Origin: Isurus oxyrinchus
Taxonomy: Eukaryota
Length of the DNA: 64,000 nt
Assembly: GCA_026770705.1 (NCBI GenBank)
Contig: JANJGN010000016.1
Span: forward strand, 88,164,001-88,228,000
Direction: 5' to 3'
The notes below the pieces were generated by a model, which was given only the letters and a program-made list of their open reading frames with translations, was not told the origin of the DNA and did not search any database. The position numbers and the translations under genes are program-made. The stretch's first letter is position 1. Each line of letters begins with the position of its first letter. Shown one piece after another: positions 1-13,600 of this stretch.

Positions 1-140
1 CTTGAAATGCCAGAACATACAGCGCTATGGGACAAGTGCTGGCAAATGGGATTAGAATAGACAGGTGTTTGATGGCTGGCATGCACACGATGAGCCGAAG
101 GGCCTGTTTCTGTGCTGTATAATTCTATGTCTCTATGACC
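1..140 (+). mobile_element. CR1 LINE 3' end fragment
   Basis: 'ctatgggacaagtgctggcaaatgggattag...gagccgaagggcctgtttctgtgctgtataattctatg' resembles the 3' UTR/tail of the CR1 copy at 27520-27650 in this window. Confidence 0.7.
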
Positions 141-398
141 CAATGGCTCCAGTGTCAATAAACTACAACCAGAATATCTTGTGTTTATATAGTGAGTGTA
201 ACTGAATATAATGTCTGAATGCACTTTACAGGAATGTTATCAACTAAAAACTGATGCTGTATTAACAAAGGAGATATTAAGACAGACGAGCAACAGCTTC
301 GAAAGAGGCAGGTTTGAGGAATGTGTTAAAGGGGACAAAGAGGGGTTGGGAATTGGAGAGGTTTAGGGAAGGAATTCCGGAGTTTAGAGATTTGGGAG

Positions 399-1660
399 TT
401 AAATTTTCTGTGGAGTGGTGAAGTTCCTCACAGAAGTTGCAGTCGTCTTGTACAGCAGAAGGGGCTCCGCTCCGGTGTGTGGTCCAGCCAGTTTGCACAA
501 CCTGCTGCAGTTTCTCAGGACGACATCCTTCTTGGTCACTTCCCTGATCTCAGTCAGTTTGGTTCCAGCCACAGGAAAGTTCTTTGTCAGCGTGTGAACC
601 TGTGCTGCCCTTTCTTTATTCTCTTGCTCCGTGATGGGTGGGTATGCACGTGACAGAGAGTCTGCGATGTACATTTCCATGTCTGGTTTCTATTTAACTC
701 TGGCCTGGTACTTCTGCAGACACATTAATAATCTTTGGATTCTTGGTGGTGCACAGTTTAAGGATTTTTAAGTGCAGCTTCCAAAGGCTTATGATCAGAC
801 TCTACCTCCATGTCTTTGCCAAACTGATGGAAACGTTCTAGGTCAAACACAATTGCTAACATTTCTTTCTCTATTTGGACACCCCGCTGCTGTGTTTCAG
901 TCGTTGCCTTTGAAGCCGATGCCACTGGAGCCTCATTTTGCAAGAGGACATTTCCCAGGCCAGTCTTTGAAGCGTCCACTGAGATCTTGACCGGGTGACT
1001 GACATCGTAACACTTTAACCCTGGTGCTTGGGTCAGTGTTCTGTGCAGACTGGTCAAAGCTTCCTGGTGACTTTGTTCCCAGTGCAATTCCACATCATTT
1101 TGTGGAAGTTCTCTGAGAGGTGCTGTCAGGTCTGATATGTTTGAAATGAATTTCCCAGGATAGCTCACCATTCCCAAATACCTCTCCAAGTCTTTCTTAC
1201 ATCCTGGGAGTGGCATGTTCACAACTGCTTCGATTTTACTCGGGTCCGGTTTCAGTCCCTCACTTGTTGGCACATGTCCCAATACTTGATTTCATGTAGA
1301 CCTATTTTGTACTTTTCTTCCTCAAGTTGAGGCTCCTTTCTCCAGCTCTGGCCAGTACCTGCCTCAGTCTGTGGTCGTACTCTTCTCGTGAGGCTCCCCA
1401 GACCAGCACATCATCGATATAGGTTTCACTGCCCTCTAACCCTTCAAACAGCCCCTTCACTGCTCTGTGGAAAACCTCCGGAGCTGAATTAATACCAAAA
1501 GGTCAGCGTAGAAACCTGTATAACCCGTATGGTGTGTTCAAGGTACAGAGATAGGAGCAGCGTTCATCCAGCTTGACCTGCCAGAAGCACAAACTCACAT
1601 CTGAGACTGAATAGTATTTAGCATCAGCAACTATACACGTGATCTCTTCTACACGTGATC
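399..1660 (-). mobile_element. Degenerate Ty3/Gypsy LTR-retrotransposon pol fragment (RT + RNase H, integrase missing)
   Basis: Minus-strand translation gives EEITCIVADAKYYSVSDVSLCFWQVKLDE...NTPYGLYRFLR, YIDD (1410-1421), GHVPTSEGLKPDPSKIEAV, RNase H VDASKTGLG...EKEMLAIVF...SDHKPL and ADSLSRA. It is broken by stops and frameshifts, and no LTRs were seen. Confidence 0.9.
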
Positions 1661-4600
1661 TCTGAATTGTATTTAGCATCAGCAACTATACACGTGATCT
1701 CTTCTACACGTGTTCTCTGAATAGTATTCAGCATCAGCTACTTTACATGTGATCTCTTCTACACGTGATCTCTGAATAGTATTCAGCATCAGCAACTATA
1801 CACGTGATCTCTTCTACACATGATCTCTGAATAGTATTTACCATCGTCTACTTTACACGTGATCACTTCTACATGTGATCTCTGAATTGTATTTAGCATC
1901 AGCTGGTTTACACGTGAACTCTTCTACATGTGATCACTGAATAGAATTTAGCATCAGTTACTTTAGACATGATCTCTTCTACACGTGATCTCTGAATAGT
2001 ATTTAGCATCAGCTACTTTACACGTGATCTCTTTACACGTGATCTCTGAATAGTATTCAGCATCAGCAAGTTTACACATGATCTCTTCTACATGTGATCT
2101 CTGAATAGTATTTAGCACCAGCTAGTTTACAAGTGATCTCTTCTACACGTGATCTCAGAATAGAATTTAGCATCAGCTACTTTACACGTAATCCCTTCTA
2201 CACATGATCTCTGAATAGTATTTAGCACCAGCTACTTTCCACGTGATCTCTTCTACACGTGATCTCAGAATAGAATTTAGCATCAGCTACTTTCCACGTG
2301 ATCCCTTCTACACATGATCTCTGAATAGTATTTAGCACCAGCTACTTTACACGTGATCCCTTCTACACGTGATCACCGAATAGAATTTAGCATCAGCTAC
2401 TTTACACGTGATCCCTTCTACACGTGATCACTGAATAGTATTTAGCATCAGCTACTTTACACATGATCTCTTCTACACATGATCTCTGAATATTATTTAG
2501 CATCAACTACTTTACTCGTGATCTCTTCTATATGTCATTACTGAATATTATTTAGCATCAGTTACTTTACACATGATCTCTTCTACACGTGATCTCTGAA
2601 TAGTATTTAGCATCAGTTACTTTACACATGATCTCTTCCACATGTGATCTCTGAATAGTATTTAGCACCAGCTACTTTACACGTGATCCCTTCTACATGT
2701 GATCTCCGAATACTATTTTGCTTCAGCTAGTTTACACGTGATCTCTTCCACACATGATCTCTGAACAGTATTTTGCATCAGCTAGTTTACACGTGATCTC
2801 TTCTGCACCTGATCTCTGAATAACATTTAGCATCAGCTAGTTAACGTGATCTTTTCAACACGTGTTCTCTGAATGGTATTTTGCATCAGCTACTTTACAC
2901 CTGATCTCTTCTATACCTGATCTATGAATAGTATTTAGCTTCAGCTACTTTGCACGTGATCTCTTCTACACATGAACTCTGAATAGTATTTAGCATCAGC
3001 TTGTTTACACATGATCTCTTCTACATGTGATCTCTGAATAGTATTTAACATCCGCTTGTTTACATTTGATCTCTTCTACATGTGATCTCTGCATAGTATT
3101 TAGCATCAGCTTGTTTACACATGATCTCTTCTACATGTGATCTCTGAATAGTATTTAGCATCAGCTAATTTACACGTGATCTCTTCTACACGTGATCTCT
3201 GAATAGTATTTAGCATCAGCTTGTTTACATGTGATCTCTTCTACACGTGATCTCTGAATAGTATTTAGCATCAGCTTGTTTTCACGTGATCTCTTCTACA
3301 TGTGATCGCTGAATATTATTTAGCATCAGCTACTTTGCACGTGATCTCTTCTACACGTGATCTCAGAATAGAATTTAGCATCAGCTACTTTACACGTGAT
3401 CTCTTCCACATGTATTCTCTGAATAGTATTTAGCATCAGCTTGTTTTCACGTGATCTCTTCTACATGTGATCTGTGAATAGTATTTAGCATCCGCTACTT
3501 TACACGTGATCTCTTCTACACGTGATCTCAGAATAGAATTTAGCATCAGCTACTTTACACGTGATCTCTTCCACATGTGTTCTCTGAATAGTATTTAGCA
3601 TCAGCTTGTTTTCACGTGATCTCTTCTACATGTGATCTGTGAATAGCATTTAGCACCAGCTACTTTACACGTGATCCCTTCTACACGTGATCACTGAATA
3701 GAATTTAGCATCAGCTACTTTACACGTGATCCCTTCTACACGTGATCACTGAATATTATTTAGCATCAGTTACTTTACACATGATCTCTTCTACACGTGA
3801 TCTCTGAATAGTATTTAGCATCAGTTACTTTACACATGATCTCTTCTACACGTGATCTCGGAATAGTATTTAGCATCAGCTACTTTACACATGATCTCTT
3901 CTACACGTGATCTCTGAATAATACTTAGCATCAGCTATTTTACACGTGATCTCTTCTACATGTGATCTCTGAATAGTATTTAGCATCAGCTACTTTACAC
4001 GTGATCTCTTCTACACGTGATCTCGGAATACCATTTAGCATCAGCTACTTTACACGTGATCTCTTCTACACTTGATCTCTGAATAGTATTTAGCTTCAGC
4101 TACTTTACACATGATCTCTTCTACATGTGATCTCGGAATAGTATTTAGCATCAGTTACTTTACACATCATTTCTTCCACACGTGACCTCTGAATAGTATT
4201 TAGCATCAGCTACTTTACACGTGAACACTTCTACAGGTCATCTCTGAATATTATTTAGCATGAACTACTTTACACGTGATCTCTTCTACACGTGATCTCT
4301 GAATAGTATTCAGCATCAACTACTTTACACGTGATCTCTTCTACATGTGATCTCGGAATAGTATTTAGCATCAGCTACTTTACACGTGATCTCTTCTACA
4401 CATGATCTCAGAATAGTATTTAGCACCAGCTACTTTACACGTGATCTCTTCTACACGTGATCTCTGAATAGTGTTTAGCATCAGCTTATTTACACGCGAT
4501 CTCTTCTACACATGATCTCTGAATATAATTTAGCATCAGCGACTTTACACGTGATCCTTTCTACACGTGATCTCAGAATAGTATGTAGCATCAGGTAGCT

Positions 4601-7600
4601 TACACATGATCTCTTCCACACATGATCTCTGAACAGTATTTTGCATCAGCTTGTTTACAGGTGATCTGTTCTACACGTGATCTCTGGACAGTATTTAGCA
4701 TCAGCTACTTTACACATGATCCCTTCTACACGTGATCACTGAATAGAATTTAGCATCAGCAACTTTACACGTGATAGCTTCTACACGTGATCACTGAATA
4801 TTATTTAGCATCAGTTACTTTACACATGATCTCTTCTACACGTGATCTCTGAATAGTATTTAGCATTAGTTACTTTACACATGATCTCTTCTACACGTGA
4901 TCTCTGAATAGTATTTAGCATCAGTTACTTTACACATGATCTCTTCTACACGTGATCTCGGAATAGTATTTAGCATCAGCTACTTTACACGTGATCTCTT
5001 CTACACGTGATCTCTGAATAATACTTAGCATCAGCTAGTTTACACGTTATCTCTTCTACATGTGATCTCTGAATAGTATTTAGCATCAGCTCCTTTACAC
5101 GTGATCTCTTCTACACGTGATCTCGGAATAGCATTTAGCATCAGCTACTTTACACGTGATCTCTTCTACACTTGATCTCTGAATAGTATTTAGCTTCAGC
5201 TACTTTACACATGATCTCTTCTACATGTGATCTCGGAATAGTATTTAGCATCAGTTACTTTACACATCATTTCTTCCACACGTGACCTCTGAATAGTATT
5301 TAGCATCAGCTACTTTACACGTGAACTCTTCTACAGGTCATCTCTGAATATTATTTAGCATCAACTACTTTACACGTGATCTCTTCTACACGTGATCTCT
5401 GAATAGTATTCAGCATCAGCTACTTTACACGTGATCTCTTCTACATGTGATCTCGGAATAGTATTTAGCATCAGCTACTTTACACGTGATCTCTTCTACA
5501 CATGATCTCAGAATAGTATTTAGCACCAGCTACTTTACACGTGATCTCTTCTACACGTGATCTCTGAATAGTATTTAGCATCAGCTTATTTACACGCAAT
5601 CTCTTCTACACATGATCTCTGAATATAATTTAGCATCAGCGACTTTACACGTGATCCTTTCTACACGTGATCTCAGAATAGTATGTAGCATCAGGTAGCT
5701 TCCACATGATCTCTTCCACACATAATCTCTGAACAGTATTTTGCATCAGCTTGTTTACAGGCGATCTGTTCTACACGTGATCTCTGAACAGTATTTAGCA
5801 TCAGCTACTTTACACATGATCCCTTTTACACGTGATCACTGAATAGAATTTAGCATCAGCTACTTTACACATGATCCCTTTTACACGTGATCACTGAATA
5901 GAATTTAGCATCAGTTACTTAACACATGATCTCTTCTACACTTGATCTCTGAATAGTATTTAGCATCAGCTACTTTACACATGATCTCTTCTACATGTGA
6001 TCTCGGAATAGTATTTAGCATCAGTTACTTTACACATGATTTCTTCCACACGTGATCTCTGAATAGTATTTAGCATCAGCTACTTTACACTTGAACTCTT
6101 CTACAGGTCATCTTTGAATATTATTTAGCATCAACTACATTACACGTGATCTCTTCTACACGTGATCTCAGAATAGTATTCAGCATCAGCTACTTTACAC
6201 ATGATCTCTTCTACACGTGATCTCTGAATAGTATTTAGCATCAGCTTATTACACGCGATCTCTTCTACACATGATCTCTGAATATAATTTAGCATCAGTG
6301 ACTTTACACGTGATCCTTTCTACACGTGATCTCAGAATAGTATGTAGCATCAGGTAGCTTCCACATGATCTCTTCCACACATAATCTCTGAACAGTATTT
6401 TGCATCAGCTTGTTTACAGGCGATCTGTTCTACACGTGATCTCTGAATAGAATTTAGCATCAGCTACTTTGCACATTATCCCTTTTACACGTGATCACTG
6501 AATAGAATTTAGCATCAGCTACTTTACACATGATCTCTTCTACATGTGATCTCGGAATAGTATTTAGCATCAGTTACTTTACACATCATTTCTTCCACAC
6601 GTGACCTCTGAATAGTATTTAGCATCAGCTACTTTACACGTGAACTCTTCTACACGTGATCTCTGAATATTATTTAGCATCAACTACTTTACACGTGATC
6701 TCTTCTACATGTGATCTCTGAATAGTATTCAGCATCAGCTACTTTACACGTGATCTCTTCTACATGTGATCTCGGAATAGTATTTAGCATCAGCTACTTT
6801 ACACGTGATCTCTTCTACACATGATCTCAAAATAGTATTTAGCACCAGCTACTTTACACGTGATCTCTTCTACACGTGATCTCTGAATAGTATTTAGCAT
6901 CAGCTTATTACACGCGATCTCTTCTACACATGATCTCTGAATATAATTTAGCATCAGCGACTTTACACGTGATCCTTTCTACACGTGATCTCAGAATAGT
7001 ATGCAGCATCAGGTAGCTTACACATGATCTCTTCCACACATGATCTCTGAACAGTATTTTGCATCAGCTTGTTTACAGGTGATCTGTTCTACACGTGATC
7101 TCTGAACAGTATTTAGCATTAGCTTGTTTACACATGATCTCTTCTACATGTGATCTCTGAACAGTATTTAGCATCAGCTACTTTACACATGATCTCTTCT
7201 ACACGTGATCTCTGAATAGTATTTAGCATCAGCTACTTTACACGTGATCTCTTCTACATGTGATCTCGGAATAGTATTTAGCATCAGCTACTTTACACGT
7301 GATCTCTTCTACACATGATCTCAGAATAGTATTTAGCACCAGCTACTTTACACGTGATCTCTTCTACACGTGATCTCTGAATAGTATTTAGCATCAGCTT
7401 ATTACATGCGATCTCTTCTACACATGATCTCTGAATATAATTTAGCATCAGCGACTTTACACGTGATCCTTTCTACACGTGATCTCAGAATAGTATGCAG
7501 CATCAGGTAGCTTACACATGATCTCTTCCACACATGATCTCTGAACAGTATTTTGCGTCAGCTTGTTTACAGGTGATCTGTTCTACACGTGATCTCTGAA

Positions 7601-10600
7601 CAGTATTTAGCATTAGCTTGTTTACACATGATCTCTTCTACATGTGATCTCTGAACAGTATTTAGCATCAGCTACTTTACACATGATCTTTTCTACACGT
7701 GATCTCTGAACAGTATTTAGCATCAGCTTGTTTACACGTGATCTCTTCTACACATGATATGGGAATAGTATTTAGCATCAGCAACTTTACTCGTGATCTC
7801 TTCAACACAATATCTCTGACTAGTATTTAACTTCAGCTATCTTACACATGATGTCTTCTACACGTGATCACTTCTACACCTAATCTCTGAATAGTATTTA
7901 ACATCATATAGGTTACACATGATCTCTTCTATACCTGATCTCTGAATAGTATTTAGCTTCAGCTATCTTACACATAATCTCTTCTACACATGATCACATC
8001 TACACCTGATCTCTGAACAGTATTTTGCATCAGTTACTTAACACGTGATCTCTTCTACACGTGATCTCAGAATAGTATTTAGCACAGATAGTTTACACAT
8101 GATCTCTTCTACACGTGTTCTCTAAGTAGTATTTAGCATCAGCTACTTTACATGTGATCTCTTCTAAACGTTATCTCTGAATAGTATTTAGCATCAGCTA
8201 CTTTACACGTGATCTCGTCTACACATGATCTCTGAATAGTATTTAGCACAGATAGATTACACGTGATCTCTTCTACATGTGATCTCTGAATAGTATTTAG
8301 CATCAGCTTGTTTACACATGATCTCTTCTACATGTGATCTCCGAATAGTATTTTGCTTCAGCCAATTTACTCATGAGCTCTTCCACACGAGATCTCTGAA
8401 TAGTATTTAGCTTCAGCTATCTTACACATAATCTCTTCTACACATGATCTCTTCCACACATGATCACTGAACAGTATTTTGCATCAGCTTGTTTACAGGT
8501 GATCTGTTCTACACGTGATCTCTGAACAGTATTTAGCATTAGCTTGTTTACACATGATCTCTTCTACATGTGATCTCTGAACAGTATTTAGCATCAGCTA
8601 CTTTACACATGATCTCTTCTACATGTGATCTCTGAATAGTATTTAGCATCAGCTACTTTACACGTGATCTCTTCTACATGTGATCTCGGAATAGTATTTA
8701 GCATCAGCTACTTTACACGTGATCTCTTCTACACATGATCTCAGAATAGTATTTAGCACCAGCTACTTTACACGTGATCTCTTCTACACGTGATCTCTGA
8801 ATAGTATTTAGCATCAGCTTATTACACGCGATCTCTTCTACACATGATCTCTGAATATAATTTAGCATCAGCGACTTTACACGTGATCCTTTCTACACGT
8901 GATCTCAGAATAGTATGCAGCATCAGGTAGCTTACACATGATCTCTTCCACACATGATCTCTGAACAGTATTTTGCATCAGCTTGTTTACAGGTGATCTG
9001 TTCTACACGTGATCTCTGAACAGTATTTAGCATCAGCTACTTTACACATGATCTCTTCTACACGTGATCTCTGAACAGTATTTAGCATTAGCTTGTTTAC
9101 ACATGATCTCTTCTACATGTGATCTCTGAACAGTATTTAGCATCAGCTACTTTACACATGATCTTTTCTACACGTGATCTCTGAACAGTATTTAGCATCA
9201 GCTTGTTTACACGTGATCTCTTCTACACATGATATGGGAATAGTATTTAGCATCAGCAACTTTACTCGTGATCTCTTCAACACAATATCTCTGACTAGTA
9301 TTTAACTTCAGCTATCTTACACATGATGTCTTCTACACGTGATCACTTCTACACCTAATCTCTGAATAGTATTTAACATCATATAGGTTACACATGATCT
9401 CTTCTATACCTGATCTCTGAATAGTATTTAGCTTCAGCTATCTTACACATAATCTCTTCTACACATGATCACATCTACACCTGATCTCTGAACAGTATTT
9501 TGCATCAGTTACTTAACACGTGATCTCTTCTACACGTGATCTCAGAATAGTATTTAGCACAGATAGTTTACACATGATCTCTTCTACACGTGTTCTCTAA
9601 GTAGTATTTAGCATCAGCTACTTTACATGTGATCTCTTCTAAACGTTATCTCTGAATAGTATTTAGCATCAGCTACTTTACACGTGATCTCGTCTACACA
9701 TGATCTCTGAATAGTATTTAGCACAGATAGATTACACGTGATCTCTTCTACATGTGTTGTCTAAGTAGTATTTAGCATCAGCTACTTTACACATTATCTC
9801 TTCTACACGTTATCACTGAATAGTATTTAGCATCATATAGTTTACACATGATCTCTTCTACACCTGATCTCTGAATAGTATTTAGCATCATATAGTTTAC
9901 ACACGATCTCTTTTACACCTGATATCTGAATAGTATTTAGCTTCAGCCAATTTACTCGTGATCTCTTCTACACGTGATCTCTGAATAGTATTTAGCTTCA
10001 GCTATCTTACACATAATCTCTTCCACACATGATCTCTTCTGCACCTGATCTCTGAATAGTATTTTGCATCAGCTACTTAACACATGATCTCTTCTACACG
10101 TGATCTCAGAATAGAATTTAGCAACAGCTTGTTTACACATGATCTCTTCTACATGTGATCTCTGAATAGTATTTTGCATCAGCTAATTTACACGTGATCT
10201 CTTCTACACGTGATATCGGAATACTATTTAGCTTCAGCAACATTACTCGTAATCTCTTCAACACAATATCTCTGACTAGTATTTAACTTCAGCTATCTTA
10301 CACATGATCTCTTCTACAAGTGATCACTTCTACACCTGATCTCTGAATAGTATTTTGCATCAGTTACTTACCACATGATCTCTTCTACACGTGATCTCTG
10401 AATAGTATTTAGCATCAGCTACTTTACACATGATTTCATCCACACGTGATCTCTGAATATTATTTAGCAGCAGCTACTTTACACGTGATCTCTTCTACAC
10501 GTGGTCACTGAATAGAATTTAGCATCAGTTACTTTACACATGATCTCTTCTACATGTCATTTCTGAATATTATTTAGCATCAGCTTATTTACACGTGATC

Positions 10601-13600
10601 TCTTCTACACATGATCTCTGAATATAATTTAGCATCAGCTACATTACACATGATCCTTTCTACACGTGATCTCGGAATAGTATGTGGCATCAGCTAGTTT
10701 AGACGTGAACAATTCTACACATGATATCTGAATACTATTTAGCTTCAGCTTGTTTACACGTGATGTCTTCTACACGTGATCTCTGAATAGTATTTAGCAT
10801 CAGATAGTTTACATGTGATCTCTTCTACACCTGATCACTGAATAGTATTTAGCACCAGCTAGTTTACTAGTGATCTCTTCTACATGTGATCTCCGAATAC
10901 TATTTCGCTTCAGCTAGTTTACACGTGATCTCTTCCACACATGATCTCTGAACAGTATTTTGCATCAGCTAGTTTGCACGTGATCTGTTCTACACGTGAT
11001 CTCTGATAGTACTTTGCATCAGCTAGTTTACATGTGATCTCTTCTGCGCCTGATCTCTGAATAACATTTAGCATCAGCTAGTTAACATGATCTCTTCGAC
11101 ACGTGTTCTCAGAATAGTATTTTGCATCAGCTACTTTACACCTGATCTCTTCTACACGTGATCTATGAATAGTATTTAGCTTCAGTTACTTTGCACGTGA
11201 TCTCTTCTATACATGATCTCTGAATAGTATTTAGCATCAGCTTGTTTACACGTGATCTCTTCTATACATGATCTATGAATAGTATTTAGCTTCAGTTACT
11301 TTATACATGATCTCTTCTACACGTGATCTCTGAATAGTATTTAGCATCAGCTAGCTTACATTTGATCTCTTCTACATGTGATCTCTGCATAGTATTTAGC
11401 ATCAGCTTGTTTACACATGATCTCTTCTACATGTGATCTCTGAATAGTATTTAGCATCAGCTAATTTACACGTGATCTCTTCTACACGTGATCTCTGAAT
11501 AGTATTTAGCATCAGCTTGTTTACATGTGATCTCTTCTACACGTGATCTCTGAATAGTATTTAGCATCAGCTAGCTTACATTTGATCTCTTCTACACGTG
11601 ATCTCTGCATAGTATTTAGCTTGTTTTCACGTGATCTCTTCTACATGTGATCGCTGAATATTATTTAGCATCAGCTACTTTACACGTGATCTCTTCTACA
11701 CATGATCTCTGAATAGTATTTAGCACCAGCTACTTTACACGTGATCTCTTCTACACATGATCTCTGAATAGTATTTAGCACCAGCTACTTCACACGTGAT
11801 CCCTTCTACACGTGATCACTGAATAGAATTTAGCATCAGCTACTTTACACGTGATCTCTTCTACACGTGATCTCTGAATAGTATTCAGCATCAGCTACTT
11901 TACACGTGATCTCTTCTACATGTGATCTCGGAATAGTATTTAGCATCAGCTACTTTACACGTGATCTCTTCTACACATGATCTCAGAATAGTATTTAGCA
12001 CCAGCTACTTTACACGTGATCTCTTCTACACGTGATCTCTGAATAGTATTTAGCATCAACTACTTTACACGTGATCTCTTCTACACGTGATCTCTGAATA
12101 TAATTTAGCATCAGCTACTTTACACGTGATCTCTTCTACACATGATCTCAGAATAGTATGTAGCATCAGGTAGCTTACACGTGAACAATTCTACACGTGA
12201 TATCTGAATAGTATTTAGCTTCAGCTAGTTTACACGTGATCTCTTCCACACATGATCTCTGAACAGTATTTTGCATCAGCTTGTTTACAGGTTATCTGTT
12301 CCACACGTGATCTCTGAACAGTATTTAGCATCAGCTTGTTTACACATGATCTCTTCTACACGTGATCTCTGAACAGTATTTAGCATCAGCTTGTTTACAC
12401 GTGATCTCTTCTACACATGATCTCTGAACAGTATTTAGCATCAGCTTGTTTACACATGATCTCTTCTACACGTGATCTCTGAACAGTATTTAGCATCAGC
12501 TTGTTTGCACGTGATCTCTTCTACACGTGATATCGGAATAGTATTTAGCATCAGCAACTCTACTCGTGATCTCTTCAACACAATATCTCTGACTAGAATT
12601 TAACTTCAGCTATCTTACACATGGTGTCTTCTACACGTGATCACTTCTACACCTAATCTCTGAATAGTATTTAGCATCATATAGGTTACACATGATCTCT
12701 TCTATACCTGATCTCTGAACAGTATTTTGCATCAGTTACTTAACACGTGATCTCTTCTACACGTGATCTCAGAATAATATTTAGCACAGATAGTTTACAC
12801 GTGATCTCTTCTACACGTGTTCTCTAAGTAGTATTTAGCATCAGCTACTTTACACGTGATCTCGTCTACATGTGATCTCTGAATAGTATTTAGCATCAGC
12901 TACTTTACACATGATCTCTTCTACACATGATCACTTCTACACCTGATCTCTGAACAGTATTTTGCATCAGTTACTTAACACGTGATCTCTTCTACACGTG
13001 ATCTCAGAATAATATTTAGCACAGATAGTTTACACGTGATCTCTTCTACACGTGTTCTCTAAGTAGTATTTAGCATCAGCTACTTTACACGTGATCTCGT
13101 CTACACATGATCTCTGAACAGTATTTAGCACAGATAGATTACACGTGATCTCTTCTACACGTGTTCTCTAAGTAGTATTTAGCATCAGCTACTTTACACA
13201 TTATCTCTTCTACACGTGATCTCTGAATAGTATTTAGCATCATCTAATTTATAAGTGATCTCTTCTACACGTGATCTCTGAATATTATCTAGCATCAGCT
13301 ACTTTACACGTGATCTCTTCTATATGTGATCTCTGAATAGTATTTTGCTTCAGCTAGTTTACACGTGATCTCTTCTGCACGTTATCACTGAATAGTATTT
13401 AGCATCAGCTAGTTTACACACGAGCTCTTCTACACCTGATATCTGAATAGTATTTAGCTTCAGCTACTTTACATGTGATCTCTTCTACACGTGATCTCTG
13501 AATAGTACTTAGCATCAGCTACTTAACACATGATCTCTTCTACACGTGATCTCTTCTACACGTGATCTCTGAATAGTATTTAGCATCAGCTTGTTTACAC

